Shown: positions 11,130 through 23,714, counted from the first letter of the stretch. The stretch is DNA of 64,000 nucleotides from Octopus sinensis (GCF_006345805.1 NC_043002.1:97960001-98024000); one strand, 5' to 3'. Numbers and translations are program-made. Notes: a model not told the origin generated them from the sequence alone.

Positions 11130-12975
11130 GGAAGCTTTATGAAAATAGACAAAAGACGAAGGCAGGTTTACGGAAATAAACAAAAGACGAAGGCAGGTGG
11201 AATACAAACAAACAATTGTATTAGTATGGCGCTCAGGAAATATAAATAAAACAAGTCTTTAACGTTTCGAGCCTACGCTCTTCAACAGAAAGATACACAG
11301 AGAAAAAACACAGAAAGAAGGAGAGAAAAAATGCGTGCAGAGGCTAACGAATCAACATGGCGATCTGATTTCGGCCAGCAGTCAAAGATCAAACGTGAGA
11401 CGCAAGAGCGAAATTAGGGAAGATAATAGGGTTAAATGACCTCGCTCCAACATAAGAGCGTGTGTGTGTGTGTATGAGAGAGTATTAGTGCGTATGAGAG
11501 GTCTGGACGTGTGTATGTATATATGATGTGATGTGTAAAGTCGTATGGTGTAGTGTGTAGAGAGAGGAGATGAGGGAAGAGGGGGAGGTAATGGGGAGAG
11601 AGGGGAGAAGAAAGGGGAGAAGAAGAGAAGAGGGGGAGAAGAGGAGGGGGAAGGAGAGGAGAGAGGAGGGGAGAGAAGGGGAGGGGAGAGAAGGGGAGGA
11701 GGAAGGAGAGGATGAGGGAGGATATAGGAGAGGGGGAGAGAGAGAGAAGGGGAGTGAGGGAGCAGAGAGAAAGAGGGAAGGGGAGAGGGAAGAAGGAGGG
11801 CGGGAGAAAGAGGGAAGAAGGGAAGGGAGTAGGGGTGAAAGGATGAAGGACTGAAGAGAAGTAGGGGTCGAGGGGAGGAGATGAGGAGGGGAGAGGGGGG
11901 TTAGATGAGGAGGGGGGAGAGTTGAGACCAAATGGCGTATAAGAGCGAAGAGAGAATATTAATTCCTGTTCACGGCGCAAACGGGAATCCGGATGGCCTC
12001 TGTGTAAGGACAAACCGAACACAGACAGGTGTTGCAAGGAGTGACCGGTGGAGCGGAAATGGCGTGAGACCGGTGTTGTCGTTCGCAAGGCGGATGTCAC
12101 GAAGGTGTGTTCCGCGAACCGGTCAGCCAAGCGGCGTCCCGTTTGTCCGATGTACAGTGAAGGCAGAGAGAGCAAGAGACGCAATAGATAATATTGCTGG
12201 AGGTGCAGGTGAAGGAGTTGATGATGCGATAGGGTTGATGATGGGTGCCAGTGAGGAGGGAGGTGTTGGAGAGGTAAGGGCAAGTGCGGTAACGTGGGCG
12301 GGAGCAGGGGAACGAGCCAGGTTGGGAGGTAGGGTCAGGGAAGGAACTATGGACCAAAAGGTCTCGAAGGTTATGGGCTCGTTTGAAACAGGGGAGGGGT
12401 CGGTTAGGGAAGAGGTGTGAAGTGGACGGGTCGGACTGGAGATGACGGAAAGCTCGAAGAATGGTGCGTTGAAGAGGTAGGGTCGTGGGGTGGTAAGTGA
12501 GGGGAAAAGTGAGGCGGGAGACTACAGGGCGGGTTCGGGTAGAGAGAGCAGATACACGGTCCACGGAACGTGCTCTGGCAAGGGCGGTGTGGATAGTGGT
12601 GAGGGGGTATCCACGTAGGATGAAGTGGTGAGCCATACGTTGAGACTCAGTCTCAAAGTCATGGTCATCACTACAGAGCCTACGTAGACGGAGGAATTGG
12701 GAATAGGGGATGGAAAGCTTGGTGTGTTCTGGGTGGGAGGAAGAGAAGTTGAGGTATGAGTGTGAGTCTGTGTGTTTGTAGTGAATGGAGGTGCTAAGAG
12801 TGGAGTGAAGAATGCTAACCGAAATGTCGAGGAAGGAGACAGAGGTGTTGGAGATAGTGGAAGTGAAGTGGAGGGCTGGATGGAAAGATCGAACGAAAGA
12901 GAGGAAGGAATCTAGATGTTTACGGGAGAGTGAGGTGGCACCGATAATGTCGTCAATGTAACTATAACCATATAG
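11130..12975 (-). mobile_element. Penelope-like element (Neptune-type), 5'-truncated: RT C-terminus, GIY-YIG endonuclease and pseudo-LTR
   Basis: Minus-strand translation gives YIDD, SFLDI, YLNFSSSHP, Cys linker CSRPRYRTCPY, CTSSNIIYCVSCSLC, then after a frameshift YIGQTGRRLADRFAEH and REQELIFSLRSYTPFGLN. CT-rich 3' tract; hammerhead-like motif at 11256-11293. Confidence 0.85.
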
Positions 12976-13197
12976 TTCAGGAGTGGGACCAATAATAAAT
13001 TATTAGGGAATACATCCAAACTTACAGGGAAAAATTAGATTTAGGATTAAATCCAATTTTATAGTAAAATATTACCACTATTAGGGAAATCAAACAATGA
13101 AAAACATAAGCCAATACATAAAATTAATTAATTTATATTATTTTAAATATATATCAAAAGTATTAAAAGTTTAATAAAGGATAATGATATATATATA

Positions 13198-13608
13198 TGC
13201 TCTTTTACTCTTTTACTTGTTTCCATCACTTGAGTGCGGCCATGCTGGAGCACCATCTTTAGTCGAGCAAATCGACCCCAGGTCTTATTCTTTGGAAGCC
13301 TAGTACTTATTCTATCGGTCTCTTTTGCCGAACCGCTAAGTTACGGGAGGTTAAAAAAAAACCAATATCGGTTGTCAAGCGATGTTGGGGGGACAAACAC
13401 AGACACACGAACATATACACACACATACATATATATATATACATATATACGACGGGCTTCTTTGAGTTTCCGTCTACCAAATCCACTCACAAGGCTTTGG
13501 TCAGCCCGAGGCTATAGTAGAAGACACTTGCCCAAGGTGCCACGCAGTGGGAATCAACATGGAACCATGGGTTTAGTAAGCAAGCTACTACCACACATCC
13601 ACCCCTGC
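13198..13608 (-). mobile_element. SINE family 1, full length
   Basis: Matches the family consensus end to end. Confidence 0.85.
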
Positions 13609-13634
13609 ACCTATATATATATATTGTGTGTATG

Positions 13635-13675
<41 letters not shown>

Positions 13676-14254
13676 GGATTAGAGTAGACTAAAGATGTGA
13701 TGTTGCCACTTAGGGTGCGTAAAATATATCACATATACATACATACAATACATATATACATACACACAAACATACATACATATACACACACACACATACA
13801 TACATAAACAAAACATACAAATCTGCACATATACACACATACATAAAAAAATACGGTTAATGTTGTTGAAATTCCAATGACGGAGCCTTGGATCTAGGTT
13901 AGCAAACTGGCTCTTTCTCTTGAAATACAACTGAATAATGACATACATACAGTTTGGAATCATCATTTCGTACATACATTATTAGTACAAGGCCACACAC
14001 TTGTAGGGAATTGTTACAATCGAATGAATAGACCAAAGTGCATTCATGGCACATGAATTATCGATTTCGAGAGAACAAGGTTCAACCCCTGGCGGGATTT
14101 GAACTTCAAATATATAAAAAAAAATCTAAATACCGTAAAAGATTTAGATATTTAAGCAGAGGCTCCACTGTTTCTGATATCTCCCATTATATACACGATT
14201 GTGTGCCCACATTTCTGTCTGTCTGTCTGTATGTATGTATGTATGTATGTATGT

Positions 14255-14280
14255 ATCTATCTATCTATCTATCTATCTAC

Positions 14281-14345
<65 letters not shown>

Positions 14346-14350
14346 CATCC

Positions 14351-14406
<56 letters not shown>
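14255..14406. repeat. (CTAT)n microsatellite, 5' flank of the LINE
   Basis: Direct reading. Confidence 0.95.
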
Positions 14407-14407
<1 letters not shown>

Positions 14408-17400
14408 GGACTATGATCAAGATTGGTTGTGTAAATGCGCGTGGCTTGGGGTCCCCTTGGAAACAAGGGTACCTCTTAAATGACATAAAGTCACATAAGT
14501 TAGAAATCATAGCCATAAGTGAGACCAGACTCCACAATCCGCGGGCCCTAAAGACCATGTTTGGCGGACAGTTCAACATTTATTTTTCCCCCTGTCTGCC
14601 GAGAATGGGCGGTAGTGGCAAAGCGGTACTTTTTCACAAGAGTCTGGATCTCAAAGTAAGGACAATATTCGTAGACCCGGAGGGTAGACTGGTCGTCCTG
14701 GATGTCGACGGCAGCAATGGGTGCGCTTTTCGACTCGTATCAGTCTACACACCGCCCTTAACAGGTCGGGCGGATTTCTTTCAACGTCTAGAAGTATTCT
14801 TGGGAACGTCTCGTCCTTTACTCTTAGTGGCGGATTGGAATGCTACCTTGGACACGCATGTAGACTACGTGGGTAGAGATAGGAATAGACGGGGATGCAA
14901 ATGCCTCAGAGACTGCTCAGACGCTTTCAACTGTCTGACAGGTTCCGACTAGACCACCCGAATGCGCCAACGTGGACATGGAGCAACCGCATCGGGTCGT
15001 CGAGATCGTATCTAGATAGGATACTGTGTAGGACAGTAGACAGAGATAGCATAGGATGTCCACAATTCCACATAGTCAGCTACACGGATCACAAACTTGT
15101 GACATGTACGCTAGACTTAGGTAAGACACTTAGGCAGGGTCCCGGATACTGAAACTAAACGCGTCTTTCCCATCGAGACAGGTTTTCAGAGACCGGATTA
15201 GCACACTAGTAAAGAGGGCTTTGACGGGAGCCATCATCAACAACAAATGGTGGTTTGCCCTCAAGAGAGCAGTAAAAGCAGAAGCGATTAGGTACAGCAA
15301 AGCACTAGCCATAGATAGAAATAGAGTAGAGGGTGAGCTAGTTAAGAAGCTAGAAGAGGCAATTAGAAGCGGCATCGCATCCGACGTTTTGGCGGCGAAG
15401 TTGGCCCTCGACCAACACTTCAACGCCAAACACGAAGGATGTGCTGTCAGAGCTAGGATGCGTGCTCTAAGGAACGAAGGTGTTGGAGCCGCGAGAGAGG
15501 CCCGGGTGGCAGAGGCGCAACAGGGCAACAAAGCAACCATTCGGTCCCTGGTAGATGAACAGGGGCGCGAATTGCTCGAGCCAAGTAAAATGTGTGAGGC
15601 CTTTCAGCAGCATTTTGCCCGACTGTTCGGAACGAGTGGAGGGCAAGAACGTAGGGTGGACTTCAGTGCCTACCTACATAGCCTACCACGACTCTCGACA
15701 AGAAAGGCAGGGTGCTGCGAAGGTGCCATCACGGCGGTGGAAGTGCAGGAAGCGATGGCAGAATGCTCGAGGGACAAATCACCGGGTTTGGATGGTCTAC
15801 CCTACGAGCTTTACAATTGTATGCCAGGCTTGTTTGGAGATCTCTTGGCGGCGGTGTACTGCAACTGGCAGCAAAACGGGAGCATTCCTGGTTCTGTGAG
15901 CCGAGGAGCCGTAACACTGCTGAAGAAAGATCTAAACAAGGGAAATGTAATAGATAACTTTAGGCCCATCACTCTGCTTAATGCAGACTTGAAAATTTTG
16001 GCCAAGGTGCTAGCCAAGAGGTTCGCGCTTGTCATCGAGAAACTGGTCGACAGGGCGCAAACATGCGCCGTGCCAGGCCGGACCATCCATGACAACCTCC
16101 ACCTGATGCGCTACATCATAGACAGGGTAGTTAACGAACCTGGCATGGGTGGGGCGCTGATCAATTTGGATCAATCGAAAGCTTTCGATGGGGTGGACCA
16201 TCGATACTTGGAGGCGGTCCTCGGAGCGGCTGGCTTCGGTCCCGTCTTCCGCGGCTGGATAGCCGCTTGTACAGAGGCATCCGTTCGGTAATTCGCGTGA
16301 ATGGACATCTATCGAGACCCTTCGACATCGCACGTTCGGTCCGTCAGGGATGCCCCCTCTCGTCGCTTCTATACGTATTGACTCTCGAGCCATTATTGCG
16401 GAAGCTGGCAACCTTGAGAGGCATCCCGTGAGAACTGGGATGCGGGACGAGCGTGTCTGCATACGCGGACGACGTCACCGTCATAGTGTCTAGCCACGAG
16501 CACATCGAGAAGGTCGGCGAGACACTGAAAAACTACGAAGCGGTGACAGGAGCGAAAATCAACCGGGAAAAGTCAGTGGGCTTGCAACTAGGCACCTGGA
16601 GAAGCAAGCCCATGCCGTCCACCAGCGCCTCCGTCGTGGGACGCTGGACCGACGGCCCGGTTGAGTTGCTCGGGGTCTGGTTTGGTCCGGACCTCCAAGT
16701 GGAGAAGAACTGGAACGAGATAACGAGTAGGGTGGTCACTCTCGCCCGGCAATGGGCCGAGAGGAAACTGTCCCTAAAAGGTCGGGCGGAGGAGGTGGCG
16801 AACACGTACATCGCGTCCGTCATCTACTACCGCCTGACCGTCGTACCTTGTCCCGACCCTACCATCACCAAACTACAACGCATTCTCTTTCGCTTCTTGT
16901 GGAAAGGATGCGTCTCGATGGTCAGGCGATCCATTTGCTGTCAACACCCGTTAAAAGGAGGGCTGGGCATGCCGTGGTTGATGATGCGCAGACACGCGCT
17001 GAGACTGCGACATCTCTGGCTCTATGTAGACGACGGTGAACAGGTGTGGTCGCCGTTTGTGAGGCACGCTTTCCTGCAGCTCGTCTCCATGACCGAACTG
17101 CAGTCGTGGATCAAAAAGAGGCCGAGGAAGGGCGAATGGCACCGCGAGTGTCGCGTTGCTCTCAAGCAACTCTGCCGTCCTGGGTCGACCTTGAGTGACT
17201 TCAACACAACCAAAGCATTCTATAGGGGTTTAGTGGAGGGGAGGTACGACGACGAGCTCGGGGCGAACCTGGACGTCGACGAGGAGTACCTCACCCGCCT
17301 GTTCAGGACGACTTTCGGGCCAGGGCCCATGGACAACTTCCAGAGATCCCTGGCCTGGCAGTGCTACCGAGAAGCGCTACTCGTTCGGGATAAGCTCTAC

Positions 17401-18203
17401 AGACACGGCTCGAGAAACATGGGGCCGACCTGCCCCAGATGCGGTCAGAGCGACGAAACCGTTCTGCACGCACTCGTGCAGTGTCCAACAATTTCCGACC
17501 TGTGGGCTTATGTCGAACAACTGCTGTCACGTGTGGGACGAGTCGGTTTATCAGCTGAGTCTATCGTCAATATTGTCACGCCTCCTTCCTTCAAACGGGA
17601 AGGAAGAGCTATTTTCATCATTGTGTGGCTATGCGAAAGAATGTATCTGGTGGACGCGTCTGAAAGGATTGGAGACAAACACTTTCCTCTCTGGTCAATC
17701 TCTCATCAACTTCTTCAAGTACCACTTGAAAAGGAAAGTGAGAGTAGAGAGGCAAGTTTTGTCTAGCGAATGTTTTAAAAAAAGATGGGTGAATGTAGCA
17801 AGAATGGCACGTATGAATGACGAAGCCACCTTGAGCATAATCCTATGAATCCAGAAATTGAAAACAGAGAGTTGCTTATTTGCAAAAAAAAAAAAAAGAA
17901 ATATAACATGTGACTCCATTGAGCGAGGTTACCGTGGTCTTTTCCGTAGGCTTTTCTTTCCACGGGTAAACCTCACCTGTCCTCCCCTTTACACTTCATA
18001 TTGACATTTCTGTGATAACGATCCCTATTGATCAATTTTTTTTTCCTCTCCCCCTTTTTTTGTCCTCTTTCTCTCCTTTTACGATCCCTTTTGATCGAAA
18101 CTCCCCCTTCCTTTTTTTTTTTAAACCTTCAAAAGAAAAGCTCTACCTTGTAATTTGTTCTATCTGTGTGCAGATAAAGAAACATATCTAATAAAGAAAC
18201 ATA
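14407..18203 (+). mobile_element. Tx1/L1-clade non-LTR retrotransposon, complete ORF2 plus 3'UTR, ORF1 absent
   Basis: APE endonuclease (CVNARGL, ISETRL, ADWNA, SYLDRIL, YTDHKLV), RT (SPGLDGLP, FRPITLLNADLKIL, DQSKAFD, RQGCPLS, AYADD), CPRCGQSDETVLHALVQC zinc motif, 3'UTR ending in AATAAAGAAAC. Confidence 0.9.
14413..17848 (+). pseudogene. ORF2 (endonuclease-reverse transcriptase) with frameshifts and stop codons
   Basis: Continuous homology is split over track ORFs 14038-14952, 14895-15152, 15221-16291, 16453-17766 and 17510-17848; TGA at 15150 in the YWKLN motif. Confidence 0.85.
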
Positions 18204-18204
18204 T

Positions 18205-18257
18205 ATATCTATCTGTCAGTCTGTCTGTCTATCTATCTATCTATCTATCTCTCTACC

Positions 18258-18316
<59 letters not shown>

Positions 18317-18427
18317 ATCTATCTATCTATCTATCCATCCATCTATCTATCTATCTATCTATCTGTCTATCTAACTAATCTATCTAATCTATCTGTTTAT
18401 CTATCTATCTATCTATTTATCTATCTC

Positions 18428-18483
<56 letters not shown>

Positions 18484-18484
18484 A
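18205..18484. repeat. (CTAT)n microsatellite, 3' flank of the LINE
   Basis: Direct reading. Confidence 0.95.
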
Positions 18485-18716
18485 TCTATACGTGTGTTCG
18501 TGAATGCCTTTGTGCGACAGATAGAGATGATAACTTAAAATTTTTGTATTGATAATAAACTAGACATGATTTCTTCGTGCTAATGAATATCGGGTCGTGT
18601 TTTACTCAAATATTTCCCTACAGTTGACCAACTAGGTGACACATTTTGCCGGCAGGCTACGAACTGCTCTTTATAAATGTAATTCATATTTACGAATAAA
18701 TATTCTCTCTATCCCC

Positions 18717-19385
18717 AGGAAAATAAAAACATTTATCCCCTTCAAACTTTGAAGGGGATAAATGTTTTTATTTTCCTCTAGTTTCAGAATTACTACTATT
18801 TTTGCGGTTTTGAGTTTGGCTGCTCTTTTCAAGTGAGTCGAACGACCTTCTCAGGGTCATTCCTTAATATTTTGTTGAATGTATTATATAGTCTGTGACT
18901 ATTTCTATTTTCTCACTTGACCGCTGGTGGCATAAAATTTTTCTTGAATTTTTTGTTACCCTTATATTGATCGATTAATGAATTTTTGACTAATTCTGAA
19001 ATTTGTATCAGCAGTTTATATTTGCTGCGGAGTAGATGGCGCGATTACGGTGAATTCGAAAATTAGGATATATAGACCCGAGGCTTAGATGGTGTAGCCT
19101 CGTGTATATATATCTGCCTCCTATTTTGGTGACTTTGCTGACGAGACAAACCAAGCGTAAACGGATTTAATTTAATTTAATTACATTTGATTGCGTGAAG
19201 ATGTTGAAACCTTGCAGGGTACAAAGTTTGAAGGGGATAAATGTTTTTATTTTCCTCTAGTTTCAGAATTACTACTATTTTTGCGGTTTTGAGTTTGGCT
19301 GCTCTTTTCAAGTGAGTCGAACGACCTTCTCAGGGTCATTCCTTAATATTTTGTTGAATGTATTATATAGTCTGTGACTATTTCT
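18717..19385 (+). mobile_element. Retrozyme-like non-coding element: 479-nt monomer plus 164-nt partial second monomer plus 5' snap-back hairpin
   Basis: Direct repeat 18743-18906 = 19222-19385; the second repeat starts at the predicted hammerhead cleavage site; palindrome with 30-bp arms at 18717-18777; no ORF. Confidence 0.7.
19131..19228 (+). ncRNA. Intact type I hammerhead ribozyme motif
   Basis: Stem I ACUUUG(19132-37)/CAAAGU(19222-27); CUGACGA 19138-44; stem II GACA/UGUU with long extension; GAAA 19206-09; stem III A-CCU-[UGCA]-GGG-U; GUA cleavage after 19221. Confidence 0.8.
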
Positions 19386-19533
19386 GCGAAAAAATACAGT
19401 ACAAGAAGGAATAGAAGGAGGACAGGAAAGCAGATAATGACGGTCTATAAGGCTAGACGAGGAAATATTTTTTCAGGAGCGTTTCGTTTCTTCTTCTCTA
19501 AGCTGGTTATAATATATATATATATATATAATA

Positions 19534-19596
<63 letters not shown>

Positions 19597-19655
19597 ATAT
19601 ATGTATATATATGTGTATGATATGTGTACACACACACACACATTTATATATATAT

Positions 19656-20036
19656 AGGCGCAGGAGTAACTGCGTGGTAAGTAGCTTGCTTACCAACTAC
19701 ATGGTTTCGGGTTCAGTCCCACTGTGTGGCACCTTGGGCAAGTGTGTCCTACTATAGCCCCGGGCCGACCAAAACCTTGTGAGTAGATTTGGTAGACAGA
19801 AAATGAAAGAAGCCCGTCGTATATGTATGTGTGTGTGTGTGTCTGTATTTGTACCCCCAACACCGCTTGACAACTGATGTCGGTGTGTTTACGTCCAAGT
19901 AAGTTAGCGGTTTATCAAAAGAGACAGATAGAATGAATATTAGGCTTACAAAGAATAAGTCCTGAGGTCGATTTGTTCGACTAAAAGCTGTGCTCCAGCT
20001 TGGCCGCAGTCAAATGGCTGAAACAAATAAAAAGAA
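19656..20036 (+). mobile_element. SINE family 1, full length
   Basis: Matches the family consensus. Confidence 0.85.
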
Positions 20037-20037
20037 C

Positions 20038-21272
20038 AGGTTGTTTCACATGAAATGTCGCATTTTTAATTACTTGTTATTTCAGTCATTTAAAAACTCA
20101 ATTATGTATACTTTGCATTTAATCTTGACTCTTTTTCTTTCCCAACAATATTGGAATACAAAATTCGTACCCACAGACCTTATGAACATGACAACAACCA
20201 AACTATATTGAGTGATGTTCTCGTCTGAGTACAAACTGTGTCACTCTGCCGCAGAAACTCTTCGGAATATCAAGCAGGCCTTTGGTAATGGTTTTGTTGA
20301 CATCAGAACTGTTCAGAGATGGTTCCAAAGCTCTCGTTCAGGAGATGATAGCCTTGAAAATAAGCCAAGGATAGGCCAAAATTAGTTATTCGGTATGATT
20401 GATTAAATACTTTGGTTGAACAAAATCCGCGAACGAAGGTTCGAAAACTTTCATCAGAACTCCAAACATCTCGCACAACTGTTTTTGGACACCTGTAAAA
20501 AATTGGAAAAGTCATGAAAACGGATAAGTTTGTTCCACATCATCCGAACGAGATTCAGAAAACAGACACTTTGAAATGTGCTCTTTATTGCTTTCTCGAC
20601 TGGAAAAGGTCATTTTTGCATCAAATCATTATTTGTGATGAGAAATAGATACTCTTTGACAACAGCAGGAGAACAAGATAGTATTTAGATGTAGGAGAGT
20701 CACCAAAACACTACTCGAACCTCCCATTGCACCCTAAAAAGTTAGTGGCTTGTATAGTGGTCTGCAAACGGAGTTATTCATTATTCATTTTTGCAACAAG
20801 GATAAAACAGTAACGACAACATCGTATTGCCAGGAAATTGATTGTATGCATAAGAATTTGAAAAAGAATGAACCCAGACTAGTGAATAGAGATGGCCCAG
20901 TTTTGCTCCACAACAATGCACGTCCTCACACTCCTCAAGCTACGGTCCCAAAGTTGCAAAGCCTGAATTATGTGATTTTGCAACATTCCCCCTAATCCAC
21001 TGATATCTCTCCTACCGATCACCACTTTTTTATTCATTGGAATAAAACATTCTTAAAAATAGAAGAGGTAATTGAGGCATTCTGACAGTTTATCACAGCA
21101 AAAGATGAATTTTTTTTAAAGATGGAATATATGACATAGTGAAATGTTGACATAGCGAATATATGACATAGCGAAACGTCAAAGTTGAACAATTAAATAA
21201 ATCAGTTCTCTAACACTTCTGAAACATAATTATTGTTACTTTTCAAATACGACATTTCATGTGAAACAACCT
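20038..21272 (+). mobile_element. Mariner DNA transposon, decayed
   Basis: TIRs aggttgtttcacatgaaatgtcg(c/t)att at both ends, ~1.24 kb; remnants VQRWFQ, ICDEK, VLLHNNARPH, SPTDHHFF. Confidence 0.85.
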
Positions 21273-21284
21273 AAAATGACCGCG

Positions 21285-21480
21285 TCTGTATCGTTGGCGA
21301 TTTTCTTTCTCCGCATTCCCTTCCTTAGATCTTTACTTTTTCTATGTTTCTGACGAAGAGCTCTGCTCGAAACGTTACATCCTTCTTCTATCTTTCATTT
21401 CTTGCGCGTCCAATAGCACTATACTTGTTCCACGTTCTCGCGTTGTTGTGTTTTTTTCTTTGCTCATGTTTTGATTAACT
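21285..21480 (+). mobile_element. Solo pseudo-LTR of the Penelope-like family with minimal hammerhead motif
   Basis: Homologous to 48265-48465, 29100-29290 and 11190-11300 (-); CUGACGA-A-GAGC-ucu-GCUC-GAAACGUU at 21350-21376. Confidence 0.65.
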
Positions 21481-21484
21481 ATCC

Positions 21485-21559
<75 letters not shown>

Positions 21560-21657
21560 ATATATATATATACATACATACATACATATATATATACATA
21601 TATATATATATATACATATATCATATATATATATACCTATATATCTATACATATAAC

Positions 21658-21692
<35 letters not shown>

Positions 21693-21735
21693 CATATATA
21701 CATATATATATATACCTATATATATATACATATAC

Positions 21736-21766
<31 letters not shown>

Positions 21767-21774
21767 CATATATA

Positions 21775-23063
21775 CGAGGGACGTTCAATAAGTAATGCCC
21801 CCCTAACCCACTTGTAGTTGTTTGATCTAGCTGATGTTGCATGTGCAATTATGTATATCTCTATAGATTAAGTGGCAAATTACAGCTCTGAACTAATTGT
21901 GGTTTCTGATTTACAGGTGTTTAAACTGAGTCAAGTGTGAAATGGAGCCTGTTGAATGTCGAGCAGTGATCCGGTTTTTGTATTTGAAAGGACGCACACC
22001 ACGGGAGACTTTTAATGAAATGAAAGTAACTTATGGTGATGATGCCCCATCATATGACCTTGTAAAACGCTGGCATCGTGAATTCAAACATGGTCGGAAC
22101 TCTGTGGAAACAGCTCCCAGATTTGGTCGCCTCCCTTCTGCCATTGATGAGGCATCTGTCCGTCAAGTTGAGGCTGCCATTTTGGAAGATCGACGCATAA
22201 CTATTCGCCAAATAGCCCATGAGGTCAAGATTAGTACCGGGTCTGTGGAAACTATCATTCATGACCATTTGCATATGCAAAAGGTGTCTGCCAGATGGAT
22301 TCCCAGGTTGCTCACACTTTTCCAGAAGCAAGAACGCGTCGAGTGCTCGAGGATGAATTTGGAGTTGTGCCAAGAAGATGAGTCAACATTTATCAAAAGA
22401 CTGATTACACAGAATGAAACCTGGGTCCATCACTATGATCCAGAGACCAAAGCCCAGTCAATGCAGTGGAAGCACCGTGACTCACCTCCTCCAAAGAAGG
22501 CAAGGTTGCAGCCCTCCGCTGGCAAGGTCATGCTCACAGTCTTCTGGGACCAGGACGGAGTAGTGATGAGAGATTTCCTGGCAAAGGGTACCACAATTAC
22601 TGAAGCCTATTATGCTTCACTTTAGAAGAAATTATGAGAAGCTATCAAAATCAAGAGGCGGGGCAAAATCAGCAAAGGCATCCTCCTCCTGCAGGACAAC
22701 GCTCCGGTCCACAACTCGCGTCGCCAGATCAGAAGCACAGGCATGCGGCTATGAACTCCTCCCCCATTCCCCTACTCTCCTGACCTTGCACCCTCTGATT
22801 TTCACCTCCTCCCAGCCATGAAGTTGTCTTTGAAAGGAAAGCGTTTCCCAGATGATGCAGCCTTGATTTCTGAAGTCACGTCGTGGTTGGAGGACCAAGC
22901 TGGGGTCTTCTAGAAAAACGGTCTCCAGAGCTGCATCAAACGATGGGAGAAATGTGTAACTCTGAGTGGTTCCTATGCAGGAAAAGGCTAATAACTGTGC
23001 CAAGTTTCGTTGGTCTACTGCTATGGGAAGTGGGTCAGGGGCATTACTTATTGAACGGCCCTC

Positions 23064-23064
<1 letters not shown>
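21775..23064 (+). mobile_element. Mariner transposon (irritans/Himar-like), full length, 1290 bp
   Basis: TIRs cgaggg(a/c)cgttcaataagtaatgcccc flanked by TA within (TA)n; transposase WIPRLLT, ETWVHHYDPE, QDNAPVH, YSPDLAPSDF. Confidence 0.92.
21942..22991 (+). pseudogene. Mariner transposase pseudogene
   Basis: 227-aa open start, frameshifts near 22620 and 22720, internal stops; first catalytic Asp reads Asn (ITQNETW). Confidence 0.85.
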
Positions 23065-23109
<45 letters not shown>

Positions 23110-23350
23110 TGACGTATTTTTGTCATTTCAATATGGCTAACCCCTAAGGGTGGATGCTACTGTAGTTTTAGCCCCAGGAGGACACACTCCTCCAGCTGGC
23201 CATAGACACACTTTCTGTGTCCTGTCAGTATTTGCCAAGGGAAGTCATCCTTCCCGTCTTCAACTTATGATACACACGGATATATATATATATTATATAC
23301 ACACGGATATTATATGATACCACGGAATATATATAATAATATATATAATC

Positions 23351-23408
<58 letters not shown>

Positions 23409-23412
23409 AAGA

Positions 23413-23517
23413 ATGAGAGAATGGGATTGAACGACTAGTTAACAAATATCCTTTATTCTCGACATATGTCGAGAATAAAGGATATGTTTAACTAGTCGTT
23501 CAACTCCATTCTCTCAT
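23413..23517. repeat. Near-perfect loopless palindrome (~52-bp arms) centred on GACATATGTC
   Basis: Direct reading; follows a (TA)n tract. Confidence 0.9.
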
Positions 23518-23676
23518 ATACTTATAATTTTAAAATAAACATACAAATTTCGCACGAAGACACGTAGTCTATGCCCTAGGGACGTAGCTTCAACCGTGTT
23601 CTTTCTGATGTGAATTTGCTACCCAGTATCGGTTTATCTTCGAATTATCCTTAATAAGATAATTCATTCAACTACT

Positions 23677-23714
<38 letters not shown>

